64,000 bases of DNA from a virus, in the IMG/VR virus record IMGVR_UViG_3300027956_000006, one strand, 5' to 3'. This document shows, one piece after another, positions 14,638 to 25,364 of this stretch. The notes beneath the pieces are model-generated. The model searched no databases. It was not told where the DNA came from and saw nothing but the letters and a program-made list of their open reading frames with translations. Position numbers and translations under genes: made by a program. Every line of letters begins with the position of its first letter. Positions within the stretch are counted from its first letter, which is position 1.

Positions 14638-14944
14638 TCATACGAAAAAATAACAAGGAGAAATAAATATGAAAAACAGTAAGGATAAATGTATTTGTGG
14701 TCATACAAGACTATCTCATAAAGATTTTAGTTGGAAACCAGGTTGTAAAGTAGGAAGAACAAGATATGGTTTTAGGAAACCCGCTTGTCTGTGTAATAGA
14801 TTCCGATTAAAAAAAAGGTATAATCATGAATGTTGTTGGTAATTGGGAATGTAGTATAAATAGAAGGTTTTATTCCGGACTTGGCTATTGTTTATGTGAT
14901 AACGATAACTGTCCAAAATTACGCAAAAAAAGGATAAAAAAATT

Positions 14945-15196
14945 ATGACAATATTAGAAAGGGTAAAAATATTAGTAGCAGAGCACTCGAAAATAAACAT
15001 TAAAAAAATTACTCCAAATTCTTCCTTAATAAAAAATTTAAAAATGGATGAGATGGATTGTTTTGAATTACTTCTGAGTATCGAAGTTAATTTTTCTCTT
15101 GACATTTCAGACGCAGACTGGGAAAAATTATATACGGTACAAAATATTGCTGATTATATCGAAAATAAAAATAAGGCACACGCTAAAGAAGGATAA
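14945..15196 (+). CDS. acyl-carrier-protein-like protein lacking the phosphopantetheine serine
   Basis: ACP-like helix pattern (LKMDEMDCFELLLSIE) but DSL serine replaced by DEM. Confidence 0.4.
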   Translation: MTILERVKILVAEHSKINIKKITPNSSLIKNLKMDEMDCFELLLSIEVNFSLDISDADWEKLYTVQNIADYIENKNKAHAKEG

Positions 15197-15204
15197 GTTT
15201 TATC

Positions 15205-15232
15205 TTGATAAAACTGTAATTTATGATATAAT
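15205..15232 (+). promoter_or_regulatory. sigma70-type promoter (TTGATA-16-TATAAT) followed by a ~190-nt structured leader
   Basis: cTTGATAaaactgtaatttatgaTATAATat. Confidence 0.45.
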
Positions 15233-15380
15233 ATAAACATAAATAATATGATACATACTGGTGTCTTATGCATGAGATCCAGTATATAGAAAGCTTGACT
15301 TTCTCTTGAAACGTCCTCTCTCTACGTACCAAGGGATGACAATGTCAAGCTATTAATAGGGGGTAACTTATTTTACTGTT

Positions 15381-15887
15381 TTGTTAAGTTACCTCCTATT
15401 TTCATTTAAGAAAGGTCAAATGGAACAACTTCTAAATACTAAAAAAATTTGTACAAAATGTGGAATAGAATATGGAATATATAACTTTTTTAAAAATAAA
15501 CATTCCAAAGGTGGTATTAATTCTATTTGTAAACAATGTCAGAAATTAGCAACAAAATTATGGTATAAACGATTTTCTTTTTCTATGCAAGTAGTATATA
15601 AGAAAAAAAGGTATGGTCAAGATTATTGGAAATATAATCGTGGCGATCGTACAGCACAAACACAACGTTATAATAAAAAACATCCAGAAATAAAACAAGC
15701 AGGGGAAAATTTACGTGTAGCAATAAGTAAGGGCTATATCACTAAACCATCAACATGTTCTCAATGTGGTAAAACTGGGCGTCTTAATGGTTATCATAAT
15801 CATTCATATCAAGACGCCCTTAAAGTAATCTGGTTATGTAACGCTTGTATGGTTAAAGAAAATAGAAAATATGACAACAATATTTAG
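15381..15887 (+). CDS. zinc-finger protein (multiple CxxC pairs); true start probably ATG at 15420
   Basis: CTKCG, CKQCQ, CSQCGKTG, CNAC pairs; RBS AAGAAAGG precedes ATG at 15420. Confidence 0.35.
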   Translation: MLSYLLFSFKKGQMEQLLNTKKICTKCGIEYGIYNFFKNKHSKGGINSICKQCQKLATKLWYKRFSFSMQVVYKKKRYGQDYWKYNRGDRTAQTQRYNKKHPEIKQAGENLRVAISKGYITKPSTCSQCGKTGRLNGYHNHSYQDALKVIWLCNACMVKENRKYDNNI

Positions 15888-16991
15888 TTTAGGCAATACT
15901 AAGTTACCCCCAAGTACTGCTATTTTTAGTCTACCAGTATTTTTAACATGTCCTAATACAACTAAAATGTGCCAAAGATACTGTTACGCAAAAATAGCGG
16001 AAGCAAGATTTCCTAACGTAAAAAAACACAGAAACGCGTCTTATCTCTTATCATTAAAAAAATCTTTTAGTAAAATAATTATATCACAAATTAAAAAATT
16101 AAAGAAAAAAGTAGTACGCATACATGAATCTGGTGATTTTTATAGTCAAAATTATTTTAATAAATGGGTCACTATTGCAAAAACATTACCAGATGTGCTT
16201 TTTTATACCTATACACGTGTAGATACTTTAAATCTCAAAAATAAACCAAGCAATTTAATCGTGCGTTTAAGTTTAGATAATGAATCAATACATCTATTGC
16301 AAAAAGCTAACTCATTTGATGGCTTTGCATATGTACTAGAACATGAACCATCTCGGGGGTTTTATCGTTGTCCTGGTTCATGTAAAAAATGTACTTATTG
16401 TTTACATAAAGGTAATGTAGAATTTCTAAAACATTAAAGGAGAAACATGCTGACATTAGAGAAACTAAAATTAATTAAACCTGGTAGCGTATTCGCTACT
16501 GGTACTTTCATTGACAATGAATTAGGGTTATACATGACTGGTAGTGGTAAAGAATTGCGTTGGATTGCAGTAAAAGGAAATGGATGGGATGATTGGTGTA
16601 TATATTGTCATTTTGCTACTCATAATATAGGATGGATTAAAGATCATGGTGATAAAGTATGTAGTGTAAGAAATATTAAAATGTGTATGCCTTGTACAGA
16701 CGAAACCTTTGCTTTATATAGATATTAACTATATTCTAGGAGAGAAATAATGGATATCACTGCGCTTTCGGAGACAGATATAGGCCGTTGGGTGAAATAT
16801 ACAAATTCTTGTAACAGAACTGAAATAGGGCGTATTAAATCATTTAATACTAAATATATTTTTGTTGTTTATAAATGCGATAACCAATGGGATCGTTTTC
16901 AAGATTTTACTGGGTGTTCAACGCTACCTTCCGATCTGGAATTTATTACTGAAGAAATAGCAAATCATCTTATTTATAAGGAGGAACAATA

Positions 16992-17702
16992 ATGTTTAAG
17001 GAAACAAAAGTACCACTTGTTGTCGGTTATAAGGGAGAAATAGGTAGTTTTATTTTACAAGGTTTATTAAAAAAGATGCCTAAGGCACTAAATATTTTAT
17101 GTTACGATATTAATGAAACAAGAATAGAACAAATAACGAGAATTAAAAAATCTAACATAATATTTTTATGCGTTCCAATAGAAAAAACAATAGATTGGTT
17201 TGATCAAAATATGTTTTTATTAGAAGGAAAGATTATTGTTGAACAATGTTCTTTAAAAAAATTCTTATATGAGTATCTTACTGGTAAGAAATGGTATTTT
17301 CAATTATATTCTATGCATTTATTATTCAGACCATCAATTACTCCTGATATTAAGGATAGAAATTGTCTTATCTATAATAATGATAACTATTACCCTAATA
17401 TTAGATATTTTTCTCAATATATTGCATCTATTATAGATACAAAAATAGATTTTTTTAACTCTATCCAAGATCATGATTGTTTAATGGCACAGCAACAAGC
17501 TTTAGTGCATAGAGTATTATTGACCTTAGGTGAACAAATTAACACTCATACATCAACTACATATATAGGTAAACAAGTTTTAGCTTTAACAGAAAGGATT
17601 AAAAGTGGTGACCCTACATTATATAAATTAATCCAAGAAAATGAATATGTACAAGCTGAAGTTGATACTTTTATTTCTAATATAAAAAAATTTAATATAT
17701 AA
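16992..17702 (+). CDS. Rossmann-fold NAD(P)-binding protein (prephenate/arogenate dehydrogenase-like?)
   Basis: VVGYKGEIGSF glycine-rich dinucleotide-binding motif near N-terminus. Confidence 0.3.
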   Translation: MFKETKVPLVVGYKGEIGSFILQGLLKKMPKALNILCYDINETRIEQITRIKKSNIIFLCVPIEKTIDWFDQNMFLLEGKIIVEQCSLKKFLYEYLTGKKWYFQLYSMHLLFRPSITPDIKDRNCLIYNNDNYYPNIRYFSQYIASIIDTKIDFFNSIQDHDCLMAQQQALVHRVLLTLGEQINTHTSTTYIGKQVLALTERIKSGDPTLYKLIQENEYVQAEVDTFISNIKKFNI

Positions 17703-17735
17703 AACGAAATACAACAATAAAAAGGAGAAATAAAG

Positions 17736-18248
17736 ATGGGAACTCGTGGTGCATGGGGATTCAGAAAAGATAATATTGATAAAATCGCTTATAACCATTA
17801 TGATAGCTATCCAAGTGGACTGGGTGAAACCATTAAACATTTTATTGTTAAGCATAGTATTGAGGAATTAGAAAAAACATTTTACCGAATTATCTTAATT
17901 GATGGTAACACACCACCCAATGAAGAACAAATTAAACAATGTTCAAAATTTTTAGATTTAGGTGTTAGCAACAAAACAAAACAAGATTGGTATTGTTTAT
18001 TACGTGAAGCACAGGGCAATCCCGAAGCTTATGTAAATGATTTAGTATATATGGTGGATAGTGCAGCATTTTTAAAAGATAGTTTATTTTGTGAATGGGC
18101 GTATATAATCAATCTCGATACAAAAAGATTAGAAATATATGAAGGGTGCCAAAAAAGAGCACAAAAAAATAGATACTATAATTGTAAGTTACAGTTTGAA
18201 GTTGATTTAGATAAAGTAAAGACTTTTAAAATAGGAGCTATAAAATGA
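17736..18248 (+). CDS. hypothetical protein immediately upstream of and overlapping rtcB
   Basis: Stop overlaps rtcB start (ATGA); likely co-transcribed with RtcB. Confidence 0.3.
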   Translation: MGTRGAWGFRKDNIDKIAYNHYDSYPSGLGETIKHFIVKHSIEELEKTFYRIILIDGNTPPNEEQIKQCSKFLDLGVSNKTKQDWYCLLREAQGNPEAYVNDLVYMVDSAAFLKDSLFCEWAYIINLDTKRLEIYEGCQKRAQKNRYYNCKLQFEVDLDKVKTFKIGAIK

Positions 18249-19477
18249 TTGAAGTTAAATATAATCCCTTGCATGATAAAATACCAGTAAAATTATGGAC
18301 ACAATATGATAAATTAGAATCTGGTGCTAAAGAGCAGATAGAACATCTCCAACAATTACCTTTCGCATTTCATCATATATCTGTTATGCCAGATGTACAT
18401 CAAGGTTATGGGATGTGTATTGGTGGGGTATTAGCTACTGAAAGAGTAGTTGTGCCAAATGCCGTTGGGGTTGATATTGGATGTGGGATGTGTGCAGTTA
18501 AGACTTCTCTTAAGGCGAATCAATTGGATAAAGAAACTCTTAAAAAGATAATGGATAAGATTAGAGAAGTGATACCATTAGGTATGAATCATCATAAAGA
18601 AAAACAAGATGAGAAGTTAATGCCTGAATCTAATATTCTTTCTGCAATGGGAGCAAATGAAAGTGTAGTTTTTTCTGAGTATAACTCTGCTTTAAAACAA
18701 TTAGGAACGTTAGGTTGCGGTAATCATTTCATTGAAATTCAAAAAGATACTAAAGACTCTGTTTGGATTATGATACATTCAGGAAGTAGAAATTTAGGGT
18801 ATAAAGTTGCTAAATATTACAATGATTTAGCTATTAAATTAAATAAACAATGGTTTAGTTCTGTTCCTAAAGAATGGGAATTAGCATTTCTTCCTATAGA
18901 TAGTCCCGAAGGTCAAAATTATTTAAGTGAAATGCAATATTGTGTTGACTTTGCTTTAGCCAATAGAAAATTAATAATGCAGAGAGTCATAGATATATTT
19001 GCTACGTTTTATGGAGACGGATTTCCTTTGAATTCAGACAACTTTGCTTTTAGAGTAGAACCTATAATTAACATCGCTCATAACTACGCTAGATTGGAAA
19101 ATCATTTCGGAAAAAATGTTATTGTTCATCGTAAAGGTGCTACTTCAGCAAGAAATGGGGAAATAGGTATTATTCCAGGAAGTCAAGGTACAAAATCATA
19201 TATTGTAAGCGGTTTAGGCAACTCTGAAAGTTTTATATCTTGTTCTCACGGAGCTGGAAGAACAATGAGTAGAACAAAGGCACAGACAGAATTAAATCTC
19301 GAAGAAGAAATTAAGTTAATGGACAATCAAGGTATTGTCCATGGAATACGAAACAGAGAAAACTTAGATGAAGCACCTGGGGCATATAAAAATATTACTG
19401 AAGTAATGCATAACCAAGCGGATTTAGTTGAGATATTAATTGAACTTACGCCATTATTGGTTGTTAAAGGAGATTAA
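18245..19477 (+). CDS. rtcB: RNA-splicing ligase RtcB (3'-phosphate/5'-hydroxyl RNA ligase)
   Basis: Strong family signatures: SVMPDVHQGYG, VGVDIGCGM, LGCGNHFIEIQ, WIMIHSGSRNLG, NIAHNY, IIPGSQGTKSYIV, SCSHGAGRTMSRTKA; 410 aa. Confidence 0.95.
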   Translation: MIEVKYNPLHDKIPVKLWTQYDKLESGAKEQIEHLQQLPFAFHHISVMPDVHQGYGMCIGGVLATERVVVPNAVGVDIGCGMCAVKTSLKANQLDKETLKKIMDKIREVIPLGMNHHKEKQDEKLMPESNILSAMGANESVVFSEYNSALKQLGTLGCGNHFIEIQKDTKDSVWIMIHSGSRNLGYKVAKYYNDLAIKLNKQWFSSVPKEWELAFLPIDSPEGQNYLSEMQYCVDFALANRKLIMQRVIDIFATFYGDGFPLNSDNFAFRVEPIINIAHNYARLENHFGKNVIVHRKGATSARNGEIGIIPGSQGTKSYIVSGLGNSESFISCSHGAGRTMSRTKAQTELNLEEEIKLMDNQGIVHGIRNRENLDEAPGAYKNITEVMHNQADLVEILIELTPLLVVKGD

Positions 19478-20317
19478 TAATGCGACTTTTTTACATTACA
19501 CCAAGATTAAAGGCAATTGGAAAATTATTTATTTTGCGCCAAATCATTAATGATGAATTTAATAACACTAATCCTTATAGTAGAACACCCGCTGATTGGA
19601 TAAATTATCAAAACATATGCCAAAAAATAGATAAAAAATTAGAGAAACTTGGTGTTCTCCTATGAAAAAAATAAAACCAGTAAAAATTGATGCTCAGAAA
19701 TTAGCGAAAATAATAGAAGAATTAGAAATATATGGTTATAGATCAAGTGTTGGTGCACGTAATTTAGCTGATATTATTATTACTCAATATAACAAGAAAG
19801 GCATAAATGATACCTATTGAAATAAAATGTAATTTTGATCCAAAAAAAGAAATGTTTATTTTAAAATTTGGGAAACAATACATAACAATTGATCCAATAC
19901 AATTTACTAGGATAGTTGAATATTTTGACACTATTTTAACAAGCTATATTACCGCCAAACATAAGGAGTAAAATGCAACAAAAATGTTTATGCAAACTTA
20001 AATTTAATGGGTGGTATTTTAATTTTAATAAAAATAAACCTAGTTTTGAACGTAACGATGCAATAGGGAAATATTTAATTAATCTTATTGTTAAACTAAA
20101 AAACATCACCAAAACAACGGATAGTGTTATAAATTTGTTATACAATATTGAAAAACACCCAGAATTACGAAATTGGTTTTTATCATTAGTCAAAAGCCAT
20201 ACAAACAAAACTTGTTATGGTTGGCAATACCATACAAAGGTGTTGAAAATTAACCCTTCTTGTAAATTACACAAACATAATATTAAGAAGTTTTCTCAAA
20301 AACGGTGAACAAGATAG

Positions 20318-20346
20318 TTGACATCCTTAATCGTTTGTAGTATAAT
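20318..20346 (+). promoter_or_regulatory. sigma70-type promoter (TTGACA-17-TATAAT)
   Basis: gTTGACAtccttaatcgtttgtagTATAATaac. Confidence 0.5.
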
Positions 20347-20658
20347 AACTATCATTATATATTAATACAACTATAAGGAGTGCATGAAAATTAAAAAATT
20401 AACAGCCAAGCAGAAAAATAATCTAGAGAAGGCGTGTATTAGAGATTTCTTTTATAAAGAATATAAGAATATATTACGTGCTGGTACAAAAGAACTTGCA
20501 TCACTAGGGATGGAGGCTTCTCTTGAAGCATGTGAAGGTTTGTTTGATGATGGCCGTTTAATTGTAAAAGTTTTTGATAAGGGAATTTATTCTATTATAT
20601 TAAAACATTCAGAAAATAGTTTTGAATTACTTTATGATAGCACGGAAGGATAACAATT

Positions 20659-22872
20659 ATGGGCAAAACACAAGAAGATTTAGAAAATAGCCGTAAAAAA
20701 CGTGAGTTTGTTATAGAACAATTCGGAGAAGTACCAACATCAATCTGGCCAGTTGATTATAGTTGGGGTAAAAGTACTCTCGAATTAGATGAGAGAAAAC
20801 AACAAAAAATCGCTGAAGAAAAACATAAAAAAATGAAGTACAACCTTCAGACATTCGAAACCCAAAATGGTGAAGTAGTCGAATTTAACCAAATACAAGA
20901 CGCTTTCTCAATGAGTTCGCAAAATGTTAGAGGTAAAGGAGCTGGTCTTTCAACATTTCCTCCAGACCTTTGTCGCAAAATCACCGTATTTTATAGCAAT
21001 GAGGGTGATACAATACTTGATCCTTGCTGTGGGCATGCAAGCAGATTGGAAACAGTACACAAACTGAATCGCCATTATATCGGCTATGATGTATGCCATG
21101 CGTTCTGTGTATTTAATGAGAAAGTCAAAGAAAAATTGCTTTCAGATCAACTCTTCCCTTCTCAATATACGATAACATTACGTGAACAAAGTTCGGAGAA
21201 AATGGTAGAAAAAGATGCTTCAATCGATTTAGTTTTCACGAGCCCACCCTACCATGACATCGAATTCTACGACGATAATCCAGCTCAACTTGGTTATAAG
21301 AAAACATACGAAGAATTTCTCGCTGGTATTACTCGTGTTTTATCAGAATGTTATCGTGTTTTAAAACCAAACAAATTCTGTGTTTTTAATGTGAACGATT
21401 TTAGAAAAGATAATAAATATTATATATATCATGCAGACATTGCGAGAATCATGGAGCAAGTAGGGTTTAAATTGTGGGACATTGTTATTATACCCTGGAA
21501 GAGTTGCATCGGTCAATGTTTAACATCCAATACAGAAATTTTAACAAATAAAGGGTATAAACAAATACAAGATATCAAAGTAAATGATTTAGTTATCTCC
21601 CATTTAGGTAAACAACGTAAAGTACAGCATATCTTTGCACGTCTAATCAAAGAAAAAGTTTATGAATTATCAATAGCTGGGACTAACGATAAAATCATAC
21701 TCACAAAAGAGCATCCGATTTTAAGTGTAAAAAAATCAGCAATCATGTGCGTGCGTAACAAACATCTCCCTTGTAATGGTCATTTCAACAAATCACCCTG
21801 TGTTGCGATAAAAGGAGTCTATAAAACAGATTGTAATAAAAATAATGATAAATTGATAAAAGACGCCACTAAATGGAATAATGTGTCTTCTTTACTGGTT
21901 GGAGATTATGTTGCAATACAAACAAATTTAGATGTTAAAGACATTGAATCTTTGGATATTTGTGATTTTTTAGAAAAGGAACGATTCTATATTTACAATA
22001 ACAAATATATCCTACCAAAATTATATAAACCTTCTTCTGTCAAGATTAATAGAAATATTGATTTGGATTATGATTTGATGAAGTTGTTTGGGTATTTCTT
22101 GTCTGAAGGACATATTTATGTCTATAAAAAGACTGGATATGCAGAAAGCATAACTTTTACATTTAATAAAAAAGAAAAAAATTACATAAAAGATGTTATT
22201 ACGATTATGCACAATAAATTCAATCTGAAAGGAAATATTTATGAACCTAAACAATATAAAACTGCGTCAATTACATTTTATTCTCGTACAGTGAGCGAAT
22301 TCTTTTTGCGATTATTTGGAAATGGTTTTAATAAAAAAGTAATTCCTGATGCATTTCTTTCTTTGCCTACACAGAAACAGTTGGGTTTATTGTGTGGTTT
22401 ATTCCGAGGAGATGGATGTTTGTTGTATAATCAGAAGAAAGAAATTTCTTCAATGAATTTAGGAATGTCTAATAAAAATATTATCAAAAATACACGTGAA
22501 ATATTACTGAGGTTAGGGTATGTGTTTGCATATGGTTATTATAAACCTAAAATCAGCAAAAATCTAACATATCGTATTAGTATTAGTGCAAAAAAAGCTC
22601 CAGCATTGATTGCCCATATCTTTAATAAAAAAATTATTGGCGGCGGATTATATACGTTATCTACCCCAAAAAGCAACACCTATAATTTTAGACGTATTGT
22701 TAATATACGCCAACTGCCATTTGAAGGAAATGTCTATAATCTTGAAGTTGCAATAGATAACTCCTATATTGCTGAAGGTATTATTTGCCATAATTGTTTT
22801 GCTGGTCAGGTTTGGGATCGTAAAATTACCGCTAAATCCCACGAATACTTAGTAGTTGGGAAAAAAATATAG
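20659..22872 (+). CDS. DNA (amino) methyltransferase interrupted by a large LAGLIDADG intein
   Basis: Extein carries ILDPCCGHASRL (motif I-like) and VFTSPPY (motif IV); insertion from Cys287 (CLTSNTEIL) to ...IICHN/C with LFGYFLSEGHI and LFRGDGC LAGLIDADG blocks. Confidence 0.8.
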   Translation: MGKTQEDLENSRKKREFVIEQFGEVPTSIWPVDYSWGKSTLELDERKQQKIAEEKHKKMKYNLQTFETQNGEVVEFNQIQDAFSMSSQNVRGKGAGLSTFPPDLCRKITVFYSNEGDTILDPCCGHASRLETVHKLNRHYIGYDVCHAFCVFNEKVKEKLLSDQLFPSQYTITLREQSSEKMVEKDASIDLVFTSPPYHDIEFYDDNPAQLGYKKTYEEFLAGITRVLSECYRVLKPNKFCVFNVNDFRKDNKYYIYHADIARIMEQVGFKLWDIVIIPWKSCIGQCLTSNTEILTNKGYKQIQDIKVNDLVISHLGKQRKVQHIFARLIKEKVYELSIAGTNDKIILTKEHPILSVKKSAIMCVRNKHLPCNGHFNKSPCVAIKGVYKTDCNKNNDKLIKDATKWNNVSSLLVGDYVAIQTNLDVKDIESLDICDFLEKERFYIYNNKYILPKLYKPSSVKINRNIDLDYDLMKLFGYFLSEGHIYVYKKTGYAESITFTFNKKEKNYIKDVITIMHNKFNLKGNIYEPKQYKTASITFYSRTVSEFFLRLFGNGFNKKVIPDAFLSLPTQKQLGLLCGLFRGDGCLLYNQKKEISSMNLGMSNKNIIKNTREILLRLGYVFAYGYYKPKISKNLTYRISISAKKAPALIAHIFNKKIIGGGLYTLSTPKSNTYNFRRIVNIRQLPFEGNVYNLEVAIDNSYIAEGIICHNCFAGQVWDRKITAKSHEYLVVGKKI
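21517..22794 (+). mobile_element. intein (LAGLIDADG homing-endonuclease type) within the methyltransferase gene
   Basis: Begins with Cys (CLTSNTEILT, block A), ends HN followed by Cys+1; two LAGLIDADG-like blocks. Confidence 0.7.
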
Positions 22873-22912
22873 AATATAAACAAATATAAAACAAAACAGG
22901 AGAAGTTTTATA

Positions 22913-24226
22913 ATGACAATTGAAACAACTAGTAAGATAAATAAAGAGAACCAAAAGACACTTCATTTTAGTATTGAAGGAGAGTGGTTCACGTGGATGC
23001 TGCGACACTTATGGGTTGAAGGCAATGAAGTAAAAGCAATACGCGTGTGGCAAGCAGCGTTTCCTCATGTATCTTCTGTAAAACATTTAAAGACAGTGTT
23101 TCTAGATGTTGTTACTGGTAAGACAAAGTTTAAAGGTATGAATAGTTTTGAGTTAGTAAAAGATGGTACTAAATACTGGTCTACTAGTGCTGGTGATGTA
23201 CCAAATAAACAATTTCCATTATTACAATCATGGGAAGATGTAATACTTTTAAAAAGAGCAAAACTTTATTTAGCTGAAATAGACTTAAGAAATTTTAGAA
23301 TAAATAGAAGATATGGGGAGACGCATGAAGATGTCAATTACCATTCTATAAAATGGCTAGATGCTGCTGATGAAAATAATGTAGAGAATGGATTAAGAAA
23401 GAAGGTAAATGAGTTCTATACTTCTTTAAGAAATATTTCCATTATGACGATGCAGGATTTATCGTTTGAGTTAATACCTGATGAGTCAGAGAAGTTAGAT
23501 ACAAAAGTCTTTTATGGTATTACTTCTGGATTTAGAAAAGAAGGGAATACAGGGATAGATGATGGTTTAAGAACATTCTATCAAATAATGAAAGTAATCA
23601 CACCATGGAAAGTTTATTTTGAAAAGAAATATGGTTGGGATATGGTTGGCGTGGATGAAAAGTATTTAAGAGATATTTGTGGATGTAGTGATAAGAAATT
23701 AGAATATTATGATAGGAAGAATTCAGGTAAAATTGAAGATGATATTAGCACACGATTACAGGAATATATACCTTCTTCTGATGAAATTAACAACAAGATA
23801 GGACAGATCATTCCTGGTCTTACATTAGATAGTTATATTTCAGGTATGTTAAAAGAAAGTAAACGAGAGGGTGTTGTTGCTGAAAATGTTTTAAAGACTG
23901 AATGGAACTCAGGTTATATTAATCCCAGTGGTGAGTTTTTTGGTTGTTCAGATATTAGTCATGTCAACTTTTCTGTTGAAATTTGTAAAATGTTAGCTGT
24001 TGAAGGAATAGATGAAAAAGATTTTGACGCGCAAATATATTTAGATAAAAAAGGCTGGGTTAAAGTATCTGTAAATCGTTTTTACTGGGATGAAAGTATA
24101 GAACTTACACAATTTCAGAAAGAAACGATTTATGATTATGTTCAAGCAAAGAAAATCGACAAGACAGCGTTTAATCGTATAGGTCATGATATGACATATA
24201 CAGAGGCATTTAAGGAGGTTATATGA
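22913..24226 (+). CDS. hypothetical protein (437 aa)
   Basis: Long ORF with RBS; no recognisable motif. Confidence 0.3.
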   Translation: MTIETTSKINKENQKTLHFSIEGEWFTWMLRHLWVEGNEVKAIRVWQAAFPHVSSVKHLKTVFLDVVTGKTKFKGMNSFELVKDGTKYWSTSAGDVPNKQFPLLQSWEDVILLKRAKLYLAEIDLRNFRINRRYGETHEDVNYHSIKWLDAADENNVENGLRKKVNEFYTSLRNISIMTMQDLSFELIPDESEKLDTKVFYGITSGFRKEGNTGIDDGLRTFYQIMKVITPWKVYFEKKYGWDMVGVDEKYLRDICGCSDKKLEYYDRKNSGKIEDDISTRLQEYIPSSDEINNKIGQIIPGLTLDSYISGMLKESKREGVVAENVLKTEWNSGYINPSGEFFGCSDISHVNFSVEICKMLAVEGIDEKDFDAQIYLDKKGWVKVSVNRFYWDESIELTQFQKETIYDYVQAKKIDKTAFNRIGHDMTYTEAFKEVI

Positions 24227-24446
24227 AAAATGAAGATGCAATACGCAAAAAAATAGAACAAATAACAACCGATTATAAACATGTTTTAGATTGTTATCCA
24301 GCAACTGTATTTATTAATGCCCCACGTTGTTTAAGTCAATTCAAAGCAACAACCGAACTTGAAATACTGTATTGGATATTAGGAGAAGAAAGACCACAGT
24401 TTAAATGTGATGATTTTACAAAAACTGACCACATTCAATAAACAAA

Positions 24447-24788
24447 ATGAAAATCTTTGTACTTGACGATATGCAAGAACGGCACGACGCTTATAGAAAA
24501 AAATTCCCTGATGCTGAAATAATATCATTATATGATGCAATAGAAGCAATCGCCCATCTTACCAAGCATTTATATGAGTACGATTTATTGTGTTTAGACC
24601 ATGATTTAGGTAATCGTATATATGTTGATATTAATGATGAAAATACTGGGAGTACCGTTGCGAAGTTCTTAGCTGATAAAGAAATAAAATGCCCTATTGT
24701 TATACACAGTCTTAATATTGATGGAGCAAAAAATATGCAGTCTTATTTACCAAAAGCGCACAGAATCCCTTTCTTTTTCAACTTGTAA
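24447..24788 (+). CDS. stand-alone receiver (REC/CheY-like) domain protein?
   Basis: MKIFVLDDMQ start and DLLCLDHDLG resemble receiver-domain acidic pocket and phospho-acceptor region; 113 aa. Confidence 0.3.
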   Translation: MKIFVLDDMQERHDAYRKKFPDAEIISLYDAIEAIAHLTKHLYEYDLLCLDHDLGNRIYVDINDENTGSTVAKFLADKEIKCPIVIHSLNIDGAKNMQSYLPKAHRIPFFFNL

Positions 24789-25098
24789 TAATGCAATTTA
24801 TTAATTATGTTTGATCCAAGAATTGATTTAAAACAAGACCATATGTTATGGGAATTAGTATTAGCTTGTGCAACGCAATATCAAGATAAACAAATCTTTG
24901 GTAATTTACATGGTTTTAGATGTGGTGGTGCACATTTAATCCTAAAAGATAATAACTTATTATTCCAGTTACCAAAAGACTGGCCTGAAGAAATGAAATT
25001 TGAGTTTAAAACACTATACATAATGCCTTATATAAAACAAATCAAAGAAGTGTTATCTTTTATTGCATACTATATAACTCAGAAAGGATTATCTCAAT

Positions 25099-25332
25099 AT
25101 GACAACATCGACTAAACCAAAAGATTGGCTAACGACTAAAGAATTACAAGAATATGTACTAACAAAGGAACGTCATTGGTCACGTACATATATACAATTT
25201 CTTGTAACAAATAAAAAACTTCCTTCCTTTAAGATTGGAAATGCTCGATTATTTACCACAAAAGAAATAGATGCTTATATTGCGACATTAACACGCAAAT
25301 CACCACCATTAATGGTTAAAAAATGTTCTTGA
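25099..25332 (+). CDS. excisionase/AlpA-like HTH DNA-binding protein
   Basis: LTTKELQEYVLTKERHWSRTYIQ...IGNARLFTTKEIDAYI helix-turn-helix of Xis/MerR type, directly upstream of the integrase. Confidence 0.6.
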   Translation: MTTSTKPKDWLTTKELQEYVLTKERHWSRTYIQFLVTNKKLPSFKIGNARLFTTKEIDAYIATLTRKSPPLMVKKCS

Positions 25333-25356
25333 CAATATAATATTTTATGATATAAT
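25329..25356 (+). promoter_or_regulatory. sigma70-type promoter (TTGACA-16-TATAAT) placing the integrase start codon at about +7 (leaderless-like)
   Basis: cTTGACAatataatattttatgaTATAATaatactttATGgac. Confidence 0.5.
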
Positions 25357-25364
25357 AATACTTT

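Noticed and set aside
17736-18248. Considered calling the ORF upstream of rtcB as Archease (RtcB activator)
   Set aside because: No recognisable Archease motifs from memory; left as hypothetical.
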